Of a stretch of 64,000 bases of DNA, positions 50,809 through 60,432 are shown piece after piece. Positions within the stretch are counted from its first letter, which is position 1; the number at the start of each line of letters is the position of its first letter. The position numbers and the translations under genes are program-made. The DNA is from Barthelona sp. PCE (taxonomy: Eukaryota). The notes beneath the pieces were generated by a model that did not search any database, was not told where the DNA came from, and saw nothing but the letters and a program-made list of their open reading frames with translations. The DNA is taken from contig JAUFOR010000006.1 of the NCBI GenBank assembly GCA_040285745.1, positions 1 to 64,000 of the forward strand. Reading direction: 5' to 3'.

Positions 50809-51453
50809 TTATTTTCGGTGTCTTTTCTTTCGGTAACTGCCTCTCTGCTTGTTCTTAACACTGTTGTTGCCATTAAATCTACGTCTTTGTCTGTCATTTC
50901 CTCCGCCGGATGCAAGAGAGCAGAGAAAGTCAACTTTATCTGCGAAGTTGTTAGACTCAAGTCTTAAGACGAGTAGATTCAGACTATTCCTTGGTGTTTT
51001 AGAAATTTGGATTGTCATCATTGTAACTTGATCTTGCTCACTTGGCTCTCGATACTTCATCGTTTGTCCTGGTTGAGTATTCAACAATGCTCCTACTCTA
51101 ATTACCATCATGTGGGCATCATATAATTCTCCTGACCGTAATTTCTCTCCCTCTTCATCTACAAATGCACATTTGTTCTTGTAATATTGGAATACTTTAG
51201 CAATTCCTTGACTCTCGACTATCCGAGTCATAACTTCACCGTCAAATACGCTTGAAAACATTGCTCTTATACATGCCGAAAAATAAACATTACGCACTTC
51301 TTCTGTGACCAAACTCTGTATCGTATGTTTGTCACCAGCATCTATGATTGCTGCATCATGCCTTGTCATCTCATTAGTGACCTTAAATTTTTGAAATTGT
51401 TCACTCTCAATAGCTGTAATAAAATCCTCTGCTGTCATCTCCACTATTGTCAT
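50809..51453 (-). CDS. Hypothetical protein, possibly gag-like (214 aa, basic C-terminal tail)
   Basis: ATG-initiated ORF ending RQRRRFNGNNSVKNKQRGSYRKKRHRK; lies between a direct repeat and a decayed ORF. Confidence 0.55.
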   Translation of the reverse strand: MTIVEMTAEDFITAIESEQFQKFKVTNEMTRHDAAIIDAGDKHTIQSLVTEEVRNVYFSACIRAMFSSVFDGEVMTRIVESQGIAKVFQYYKNKCAFVDEEGEKLRSGELYDAHMMVIRVGALLNTQPGQTMKYREPSEQDQVTMMTIQISKTPRNSLNLLVLRLESNNFADKVDFLCSLASGGGNDRQRRRFNGNNSVKNKQRGSYRKKRHRK

Positions 51454-51685
51454 TGTGTTTCTGTCCTAGTAAACTTACTAAAATAAATAGGAAACCTTAA
51501 AATGGTGAGAAATTGAAATACACCCGCATATGACTTCACAGGGGCTGAGTTCTCTCGGATACATGCATGTTTACTGACAGATATCTAGTTGGATGGCGTG
51601 AATAAGTTCCTAAGCTCGAGGTCGGGTAATTGAGTTCCCACCCCATAAAAAATAGTAAAAAAGAGAAATCCGGAATGTACGATAA

Positions 51686-51831
51686 AGGACGTAATTCGGA
51701 CAGCACATTCATGAGTCACAGATTCACTCTGCCATGAGTTCCGTCAACCACATGCTTCCATCATTCAACAGGACGTAATTCGGACAGCAAATTCATGAGT
51801 TCCGTCAACCACATGCTTCCATCATTCAACA
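51686..51831. repeat. Tandem direct repeat of ~61 bp (first copy has a 23-bp insert)
   Basis: AGGACGTAATTCGGACAGCA.ATTCATGAGT...TCCGTCAACCACATGCTTCCATCATTCAAC at 51686-51769 and 51770-51830. Confidence 0.85.
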
Positions 51832-51892
51832 AAAAAGACAAAAAAGGTGAATAAAGTTAAGCAGGCAAAGCCAAAAACGAACAATAAAAAGC

Positions 51893-51964
51893 TTCCCCCA
51901 CCAAGAATTGAACTTGGGACCTTCTCATTACTAGTGAGATGTTGTACCACTCAACTATAGGGGA
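51893..51964 (-). tRNA. tRNA-Thr (anticodon AGT)
   Basis: Acceptor TCCCCTA/TGGGGGA, anticodon arm TCTCA-CTAGTAA-TGAGA, T arm CCAAG-TTCAATT-CTTGG, downstream TTTTT. Confidence 0.93.
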
Positions 51965-52421
51965 TGATTCGGAAATAAAGCTTTGAAAATATTTAAATCT
52001 TAATTATGTTTTGAGAAAATTGAACAACTTATCTTAATTCCCTTGCAATTCATTATAGATGTTTTGCAATATCAAACAAGCTATTAAAATTATGATTACT
52101 GAGTGGGTTAGAGCGAAAATCCATAAAAAATCAAAAAAAATTTTTTCTTTTTTTTTTATAAATATATACCACTAAATTATGTTAAATCTTATTATAATAT
52201 TTAAACTTCCATATTATTATTCAATAAAAAAGTATAAGTAATATATTTTGTAGATAAAATTTTCAAAAAACTTTTTAAAAGAAGAATATGGAATAATTTA
52301 CAGCACAAGGTACAAGGCAAGAATAGTTCTTAACGTTTGTGTTAAATATATTGATTAACACGTCTGCATTATCAAAAATTTTGGATTTAAGAAATATCAA
52401 AAAATTCGACAAAAAGCACAA

Positions 52422-52854
52422 TTAGTTGTAAATATTATCCTCAATGTAGCTGCTTGTTAGTTCAAACATACCAATAAGAGGATATGCATTCACAAACATA
52501 CCATATTTCATTAAACGAATCATTCTTACTTCGTTGTTCATAACTTCAGGATAAAATTTAGCCCTTGCTTTGTTTCCTATATCATACTTCATTAAAATAC
52601 GATCAACAAAGAAATCTGGAGTAGAAACAAGATTATTTTCTAAAATAAAATTGTACATGTCGTCTTCCTTACCAACAAGTGATGCAACTGTGTTGACAAT
52701 CCAATCTCCCCAATCTTGACCACCCATTTATCTTTTTAATATAAGATATGATAGTTAAAAATTCAATAGTAGTTTGTAAGGATATATAAGTGACACTTTT
52801 CAGGCATTGGTTTACATAAGAACACAGATCTGATGTGGAATTGCCAGCATACAT
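52422..52854 (-). pseudogene. Frameshifted/decayed hypothetical gene (two overlapping ORF pieces)
   Basis: ORFs 52669-52854 and 52422-52727 overlap in different frames across a T-run; protein-like composition, no recognised domain. Confidence 0.35.
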
Positions 52855-53091
52855 ATGTGAGTTTGTAAAGAGCGTTTAAAAATTCAATCTATGCTTTACA
52901 AGAACAAAATTGCTAATACTTTTCCAACCCTTTTCCATAACAGTTCTAAAACTTGTTTAAATATCTGAGTAGACAATATGGGCAAAAAGAATGAATTCGT
53001 TAACAATATAAGATGAAGTTTAGAGGAAATATTAACGATGAAGAGGAATAACGATAAAATTTAACATAACAATGTTGATTTAAACCTAATA

Positions 53092-53464
53092 ATGACTGAA
53101 ATTTGTAATGAAATTACTATAAGAAACCCTAAAGATGAATTACATTTTAGTGCTTTAGACTTCTTTAAAGAACATATTGACACGCTTGAGTCTCGCAAGG
53201 ATGGGCAATTTTCGTTGCCTCAATCCGCCGTTTCCCCATTTGGCAAGTATTCAAGCAAACAAAATCAAATAGGCGTGATTTATGTAGATTCGAGTGATTT
53301 CAGTACAATATCTGATGATCTCAACTTTTTTGTAACCCAGGAAGCGAACATCAAGTAATTTGTTTGATATTATAAAATCTGGATCCGATGATTATATACA
53401 ACATTCTTTACTGGTTGAAAGTGATGATGAAAGTGGGTTTAAAGAATTTGATGGGGTATCATAG
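53092..53464 (+). pseudogene. Short hypothetical ORF with frameshifted continuation
   Basis: 88-aa ATG ORF; protein-like sequence continues in another frame (NLFDIIKSGSDDYIQ...) to a stop at ~53464. Confidence 0.3.
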
Positions 53465-54166
53465 TTCACTTTCGTGTTTGGAGGATCCAATTTTACTATT
53501 ACTTGAACAATTGAATAGTATATTATCTTCATGTGTTTTGACAATAATTGCACACCATATTCGATTCGAGTATATGTTGAAAATCCGTTTGACCTCTATC
53601 ATTACCATTTGCAATAATAAAACTCGATGTAAACTCATTTGAATTTTTTCCTCCCTTTTACGTTTTTGCCATTTAACATTTACCATTGTAGGTTGGAGGA
53701 TTTTGCATCGGGGCTATGTTTGTTGAGATGACGCATTGATTTTAGCATTCCACATCATTTTTTCATAAAAAATTTTGTTTAAGGATTTACACAGTCTACG
53801 AAGTATGATCTATGATGGCAAGTTGATCTCATGTTGCCGAACTACACTTTTTTGTTCTTACAGTGTGAGCACAAAGAAAAAAAGTTTGAGATGTTTTACC
53901 ACAAGTAAAGAGAGTTTGTTAATATCAACACCATATTCAATCTAACAGCAGTTTTTAGCTACTGTACAGCAACCATAGCCATCTATACATCTTTATTAGT
54001 TTGTACTTCTTTTTCTACAATGAATGGTATCATTTGTATATTAAATGCCAAAAATTACTTTATTAAAGAGATTCTATCCATTCCTTATTCCTTTTTTCTG
54101 TAAAAAAATCCTTGTAAATCACTAATTTTAGATTTAAGCGAAGATGTATTCTTATTTACACAGTTT

Positions 54167-56179
54167 TCAACAATTTTCAACATAAAAATCAGGTTCATTG
54201 CAATCACAAATTGCAATATCTTCAAGGCTTAAAAATCTGCAAGAATTAAAATAATCATCCAAATTGATGTCATATGTTTCCCTCTCAACAACTTCAGCTC
54301 CATTAACAACGAACAAACGCATATAAAGTATTCTCTGTGGAATAGCAGGGCAATAAATGGTCAGTTCATCATTTTTGAAAAAATAATGCATGTGTGGCGA
54401 ATTATCCCAATCATCAAATGAAACAACCCATGAACACATATCCTCTTTCTGATCAACAAGTAATATACCCTGCTCGAAAAGAAGAAGTTGTTCTGAAAGA
54501 AAACAGCGAAAACCACCTAGAGCATTATCACAAACATGAATATTATGTTTTTGTTTTATAAAGTGCATTTCATCAGCGTAAGGGTTAATATGAACCTTTT
54601 CAGGTGCTGCATACTTCTCTTCCCATTCAGTTCCGGTTTTTTTAAAAACATACTGTTCTTGATAGGCTCTTTTAACGATGGTAATGTTCTGATCATGGTG
54701 CAGCAATCTAAAATTCGGCCCTTTGCATTCTAAAAGTGTTACTGATTCATTTGTGATCCAGTTGTGGTGCTTTAAAATGCATGTTTTGGATTCTCTTTTC
54801 TGCTGAAAATAAAGTAATCCATTGTCAGTTGCACCCACTTTCTGGAACATTCTTGGCAAATCACAAAGATAAACTGGAATTTTTTCATCCAAATTTCCAA
54901 GATCCAAATAATAGCGATAGAGACGTTTTTCTGGTCTATTGGTTGCTGTGAGCATCAAACTTGATCCACCGCAACTTCTCAACATGGTTGGCTTCTGCTT
55001 AACACACTCAAATTTACCTTTAGAAAGATCTTGAAAAATTGTAGTTTTGTTTTTAATATCCAAAATAACCAATGTTTTATCCTCAAAAAAAACCATACCA
55101 CTGGGACAACAGCCGATAAATGAGTCTTGAAAATCAGTGAATGAAAAAAAAGCATTTGATGTTGGATAAAAACTGTTAAATGAACATAAAATTTCATCAA
55201 CCACCATGTACCGTTTGCAAAATAAATTCAGGGCACAAAATTCATCAGAAAATTCGTGTTTTAAACTTGAAAAATACTTTGGCATCGCTAAACTGTAAGT
55301 TTTGACAGTTCCATCAGCAATAACGCAGCAAACATGGTCATTCATACTTTGTACTTCAAATACAGCTTCTTTACGGGCTGCTGAAAAACTCCAAAAAGTT
55401 ATTGTTTTGATATTGAAATTTTTAAAAATGCGCAGTTCAGGAAAAAGCAATAGCAAATCAATGCTTTTAACCTCATTTCCAGCATCATACCAAGCAATAA
55501 AAGTAAAGAATCCATTAACATTTTGTTGTACCACATAGACAGATTGTGAAAATAAATCAGGAAATACTTTGAGTTGTATTCCCATTCTTTTGTGCACAAC
55601 TTCTAATTGGTCAGTGTCGCAAGAGTAGACCTTTGCACCAGCTCCACCGCTACCAACAAAATATTTTCCCATAGGATAAACTTTATCCTCACTAAAAAAA
55701 AATTCTGGAGTTAAATCCATTGATTCGGTTACGTTAAAAAGTCCATAGTCGTATCTGAACTTTCCAAATGCAAGATCAGGTGTGATAAAATGCTCAACTA
55801 ATACATGGCAAATCGATGTAAAGGAGAGTGTTTTGAAAAACTTGAATTCCCCATTTATCAGCTCAAAAAACATCACTTCCTGATCTTTAGCGTACCAATG
55901 AGAGTTTTTGCAAACATAATAGTGGTCAGAATTTATGCATTGATATAAATAACCATCATCATAGTGCTGGCATTTGTATTTGTGCAAAGCATTGGTTTGC
56001 TTTGCTGACATGGATGTAAGTTCGCGGATATCACCAACGGAACATGGTTCAAGCATCATATTTTGAGATTTGAGCAAATCTAATCCATTTGAAGGTGTTG
56101 TGACAATCATAGCGTCTATTTCATCTCCCCTGAACGATAATTTCACAGGAACACGATGGATAGCAACGGGTTCATTCAC
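54167..56179 (-). CDS. Hypothetical protein (~670 aa), beta-rich, possibly beta-propeller-like
   Basis: Long uninterrupted ORF; called start is GTG, so true start uncertain (see intron finding). Confidence 0.8.
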   Translation of the reverse strand: MNEPVAIHRVPVKLSFRGDEIDAMIVTTPSNGLDLLKSQNMMLEPCSVGDIRELTSMSAKQTNALHKYKCQHYDDGYLYQCINSDHYYVCKNSHWYAKDQEVMFFELINGEFKFFKTLSFTSICHVLVEHFITPDLAFGKFRYDYGLFNVTESMDLTPEFFFSEDKVYPMGKYFVGSGGAGAKVYSCDTDQLEVVHKRMGIQLKVFPDLFSQSVYVVQQNVNGFFTFIAWYDAGNEVKSIDLLLLFPELRIFKNFNIKTITFWSFSAARKEAVFEVQSMNDHVCCVIADGTVKTYSLAMPKYFSSLKHEFSDEFCALNLFCKRYMVVDEILCSFNSFYPTSNAFFSFTDFQDSFIGCCPSGMVFFEDKTLVILDIKNKTTIFQDLSKGKFECVKQKPTMLRSCGGSSLMLTATNRPEKRLYRYYLDLGNLDEKIPVYLCDLPRMFQKVGATDNGLLYFQQKRESKTCILKHHNWITNESVTLLECKGPNFRLLHHDQNITIVKRAYQEQYVFKKTGTEWEEKYAAPEKVHINPYADEMHFIKQKHNIHVCDNALGGFRCFLSEQLLLFEQGILLVDQKEDMCSWVVSFDDWDNSPHMHYFFKNDELTIYCPAIPQRILYMRLFVVNGAEVVERETYDINLDDYFNSCRFLSLEDIAICDCNEPDFYVENC

Positions 56180-56759
56180 TGATAGGTGGATAAACAGAAT
56201 ATTAAGTAGAATACTCTTGAAGAGAAATTAGTGGAATACCATTACCTTTTGGTCTTACTAAAACCAGTGCAATGGGGGCTGGAGGTAATGAGTTGTTGAA
56301 TAATGATTCAAAACAGATTTTCACAATTCCTACTGAAAAATTTACATATAGCGATTGTTTATCATGAAAAGGATCATTTGCTTACAAATAAAACTTGTCT
56401 GATGTCTGTGATGAATGACAATATTACTTTATGCTTAGTAAGGTATGAATATCTCATTGTGCGTGTGAAACTTTTGAAAATTACAATGTAAAGATAAAAG
56501 TGAGGGTGAATATATGACCATCACATGAGTTTCATTGTATTCTGAAAAAAAGAAAAAAAGAATTAAATCTTTACGTTTTCAAGCATTTCTAAAAACTTAT
56601 ATCAACACAAACCTAGTAAAATTCGCCCACAGCGTCGAAAAAGCCCTAAAAAATCCTTATATCTAAGATAATACTGTATTAAGAAAGTGAGAAATGATTT
56701 AGCATATGTCACAGGTACTGTCCACTGACAAACATGCTTAACATAATAATTTACACCAT

Positions 56760-58814
56760 ATGCTACAGCATTTGAATATTTCACCTTTTCACATAATGAC
56801 TGATTTGTTCAATATTGAGCCTGACATCATAAATCACATTTTGTGTGTGACAGAAAAGATGTTTGCAACTTCACCGCAAGATATGTGCCTCATATGCATG
56901 AATGAATTCCTTCCTGGGCAAGAGATTTTTTTATTAACGGAACAGAATCTCACTATGAGGACACAATTTGCAAAGTTCTTTCTTCTCTATCCTTGTTCAC
57001 ATAGAATCCACAAAAATTGCTATGAATGTATGGTTGAGTATGATATGAATAGATGTCCTGGTTGTCGATCCAAAATCGATATTAGGGTTGGAAATTTAGG
57101 CGAAAATGAGCTTTATGACTTTTTGGAGCTTGATCATTTCAGCCTAAATTTATTCCAAGCATTTTCTTTTCCAAGTTGTGTATATATGTTAAACCGTCAT
57201 GCATTAGTGGACAAGTATAACTACGTTTTTTTCTTTTATGGCAAATGTACCCGGTTTAATACCCAAAGAATGATTTTATTGCTTGAATATTGTTGCTTTT
57301 TGTTTTTTTCATTATTTTACATTGATTTAGAGGTTCATGCACACATTTCATTCAGTAAGATCTTTACTTTCTTCTCTATGCTCGTAAAATCTTTGGCAGA
57401 AAACACAACAATAATAGATGAAGAAGAGTTTTTCAATGAGGTTTGGCCAGCTTCACCCTCAAAAGTTTTAGCATATATGATTTACTATTCCTCATCTACC
57501 AAAGATATTAAGCTTCTTGAAATTATGAGTCAATTTGTTCATGATGGAAATTCCCTTGCTATATTTGTTTATATGTCAAAGGTTGTTGCTTCAGTTAAGG
57601 ATGATCTTGCAAATACACTTTTGTATGACAGTATCAATTTATCTCTTAAGGATTTAGTAAGTTCAACAATCAATGATATGGTTTCTTTTCAACCTAAGAA
57701 TTTGGAATTTGAAGGTTTAACAATTGAGTTTTTAGAAATGCATGCCTTATCTCGATTTCGTCCTTGTCGTTTTTGTAACATGGTTCACATCAAGAAGGCA
57801 CTGTTTCATCCTGATAGAAATGAATGCGTTTGTGTTGTTTGTGAGAAGAAAGGTTTAACTATACCTAACTCAAAACGAATTGATAAAAAGTATAATTTCG
57901 ATCCTGCCAGCGCTCTTTATCCGCTTAAAATGGCCTTTCCATTCCCATATGGGTATTATGCTCTTACAGTCGTTGATGGTGAAGATTTCAAATTAAGCAC
58001 AGATGAAATGCTAACAGTTTTTTTCCGTTCAGTCCAAAATATTCCTGTAACTGAGGTTTTAGTCCATGTTATGAACCGATTTATTACCCCTTTTGCTTAT
58101 AAAATGTTAAACAAAGATAAGAGAAGAAGTGTGAATATTGAGTTGCAAAGACTTTTTGAGCCAATTTGTTACCAGATCGCAACAATGTTTGAACCACTCA
58201 ACATTCTCGTGTATGAACTTGATCCAGTTTTCATTACGTGTGCTCTCATGAAGAGAGAAAGCTCGGCTATTACATCTGGAATTCGTAGTAGAACAATGAA
58301 GGGAATTGCAATGCAGTTGAAATCAGGGAATAGGCACCTTGTAACACGTGCTGTAGGATGTTTGAACTCTTTGATACACCATAATATGGTTAATATGTCA
58401 CAAATATCATTTTCAGCCCAGGTTTCGGTTGAATTCGTGTTACAGAACTGGAATACTGTTAATGTTCAGTTTATGATTAGTATCATGAACAGTAGATCTA
58501 TAAGTAAGAAGCGTGAATTTGCCAATGAACTACCACGTGCTCTTTTCCAGTATGCATCGAGTTGTGATAAGGAGTTTTTGGCATTACTCGATTTCGGGCT
58601 GAAAAATTGCTCCAATAACATGACAGAGTACAGCAGTATTGTGCAAATAGCTTTTTACGCACAGGGTACGAGTCTTCCCCCGAGTGTTATTCACATTTTG
58701 CAAGAAAGGCACCCATTGTTGTGCATGGAGGTTAACATTCCTACAGGAGAACAGGTTAATATGGATGAATTCGAAGAGTATCTTAGTGATGACTGTATTA
58801 ATGATTATTTTTGA
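56760..58814 (+). CDS. RING-H2 zinc-finger protein (putative E3 ubiquitin ligase)
   Basis: CLIC...CSHRIHKNC...CPGCR = C3H2C3 pattern; second Cys cluster CRFC...CVVC; helical C-terminus. Confidence 0.85.
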   Translation: MLQHLNISPFHIMTDLFNIEPDIINHILCVTEKMFATSPQDMCLICMNEFLPGQEIFLLTEQNLTMRTQFAKFFLLYPCSHRIHKNCYECMVEYDMNRCPGCRSKIDIRVGNLGENELYDFLELDHFSLNLFQAFSFPSCVYMLNRHALVDKYNYVFFFYGKCTRFNTQRMILLLEYCCFLFFSLFYIDLEVHAHISFSKIFTFFSMLVKSLAENTTIIDEEEFFNEVWPASPSKVLAYMIYYSSSTKDIKLLEIMSQFVHDGNSLAIFVYMSKVVASVKDDLANTLLYDSINLSLKDLVSSTINDMVSFQPKNLEFEGLTIEFLEMHALSRFRPCRFCNMVHIKKALFHPDRNECVCVVCEKKGLTIPNSKRIDKKYNFDPASALYPLKMAFPFPYGYYALTVVDGEDFKLSTDEMLTVFFRSVQNIPVTEVLVHVMNRFITPFAYKMLNKDKRRSVNIELQRLFEPICYQIATMFEPLNILVYELDPVFITCALMKRESSAITSGIRSRTMKGIAMQLKSGNRHLVTRAVGCLNSLIHHNMVNMSQISFSAQVSVEFVLQNWNTVNVQFMISIMNSRSISKKREFANELPRALFQYASSCDKEFLALLDFGLKNCSNNMTEYSSIVQIAFYAQGTSLPPSVIHILQERHPLLCMEVNIPTGEQVNMDEFEEYLSDDCINDYF

Positions 58815-59133
58815 TATAAGCGTTTGAACAAATGAATTTATTTTGTGTATTGCAGTTTATTAGGATTATTCCACCTGAGAAAGAATGAATTGCCACAATT
58901 TATTCATATTTTTTGGAAAATAGTTTACAGGTAATAAAAGTGTCAGTTGATTGCCAGCTTGGATGTATCAGGCATTATTAGGCGAAAATGCAGTGAACAC
59001 CGAAATTCTATTCACAAAAGGCATGCGATTCTGAAAAAAAATTTGTTTTCGCACTTCTTACCTATTTGCGTTCATTTATCGTTTTCCAAGTTTTTAAACT
59101 TTTTGCGCTTACACACACAACCATAAATATTCA

Positions 59134-59943
59134 ATGACACAAGTTTATTCAGATCTTTTGGAAGCTTGTATGTCCAATAACATTTCTGATGTTAACGGCA
59201 TCCTGCACAGCTATCCCCACCTCATCAATCACACAGATATCTACCAAGTAACCCCATTACACTGTGCTGCCCAGAACGGACATCAGGATCTTGTTCGATT
59301 GTTGCTTTCGATGGGCGCAGACGTTAAGATTGTTAACAATTATAAGCGTACAGCGTTGCATCTTGCTTGCGAACATGATTGTATTGAAATTGCCAAGATT
59401 CTCATCGAGGCTGGATCAGATCCCTATGCTAAGGACTATGAGGGCCGTTCTGCCGAGAACATGATCAGTAGCGCACTCAGAAGACACCTTAGAACATACA
59501 TCATGCGTTTTCAACGTGAGGAGCATGAGGTGAATCCCAGCAGTATGTCCCCTGTGACCTCTGCACGTAAACCGTTGAAGGGACCCAAACACCTTGATGC
59601 TGACAACGCTGTTGACGACATGTGGTCAACCTCTTCACGTTCATCATACAGACCACCTCAGTTACAACCATCACGTACAAGAACTAAGCGTAGTCCATCA
59701 TTTATTCTTGAGTCCATGCGTTCTGGCCATGGCGAGGAGGTGAACGTTAACAACGCATCACCTCAAGAGCTTCAAGAGGAGTTGACAACCCTACGTGGTT
59801 GCATTAAGATGCTTTTTAATCAGTTAGATGGTGCTAACGAGCAAATCTCTGAGCTCACTCAACAGCTAGATGCAAACAGGCACCCTTCTCACCAACCAGT
59901 ACATAGATACTCTAATCAACAGTCGACAAATAGATTCTACTAA
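59134..59943 (+). CDS. Ankyrin-repeat protein with C-terminal coiled coil
   Basis: TPLHCAAQNGHQDLVRLLLSMGAD and TALHLACEHDCIEIAKILIEAGSD ankyrin consensus repeats. Confidence 0.92.
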   Translation: MTQVYSDLLEACMSNNISDVNGILHSYPHLINHTDIYQVTPLHCAAQNGHQDLVRLLLSMGADVKIVNNYKRTALHLACEHDCIEIAKILIEAGSDPYAKDYEGRSAENMISSALRRHLRTYIMRFQREEHEVNPSSMSPVTSARKPLKGPKHLDADNAVDDMWSTSSRSSYRPPQLQPSRTRTKRSPSFILESMRSGHGEEVNVNNASPQELQEELTTLRGCIKMLFNQLDGANEQISELTQQLDANRHPSHQPVHRYSNQQSTNRFY

Positions 59944-59955
59944 TGTAAAATGCGT

Positions 59956-60291
59956 TTATTTTTTCTTTTCTTTTTTTTTTGCAAGCATCTTGACATCAGT
60001 TATCGTGAGTGTGGACACTTCGGCTATTTCCAGTCCTTCATGTTGGTTCATAGTGTGCGTTTCAATGTGGACATGTCCCCTGCCATTGGATTTGCACTTG
60101 ACAAAGTGTTTTGGAATAGCGCTTCTGGGAGAATTCCTTCCAAGTGGGATGATTATCTCTTTATCAATAGCAGGGCTGTGAAACATGTCGATAAGAGCAA
60201 TAATCATCATGATGTCGTCAAGATCTTGAACAAACGTCTGGAGCTTGCTAGGCATGGTGTTTCTAACCGTAGGAGTAAGTTTTCTAGGCAT
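59956..60291 (-). CDS. Hypothetical protein (111 aa)
   Basis: ATG ORF filling the gap between two genes, with an AT/pyrimidine-rich upstream region; no recognised domain. Confidence 0.4.
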   Translation of the reverse strand: MPRKLTPTVRNTMPSKLQTFVQDLDDIMMIIALIDMFHSPAIDKEIIIPLGRNSPRSAIPKHFVKCKSNGRGHVHIETHTMNQHEGLEIAEVSTLTITDVKMLAKKKEKKK

Positions 60292-60432
60292 TGTTGGTGT
60301 AAGGGGAAGAAAAATGTTGTTTGGTGGGTCTTTTTTTTTGAGCTTTTTATCACCTCTGAATTTGGAATTTATACAACGTGCACCCCAAGAATGAAAGTAT
60401 TTTGAGTAAAACTATAAAAACAAGGACTTTTA

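Noticed and set aside
51686-51831. CRISPR-like repeat-spacer appearance
   Set aside because: Only two ~61-bp copies, eukaryotic context, no cas genes.
60170-60225. RHHDDYCSYRHVSQP in an alternative minus frame resembling Cks1 (YRHV)
   Set aside because: Flanked by stops; the rest of the Cks motif is absent.
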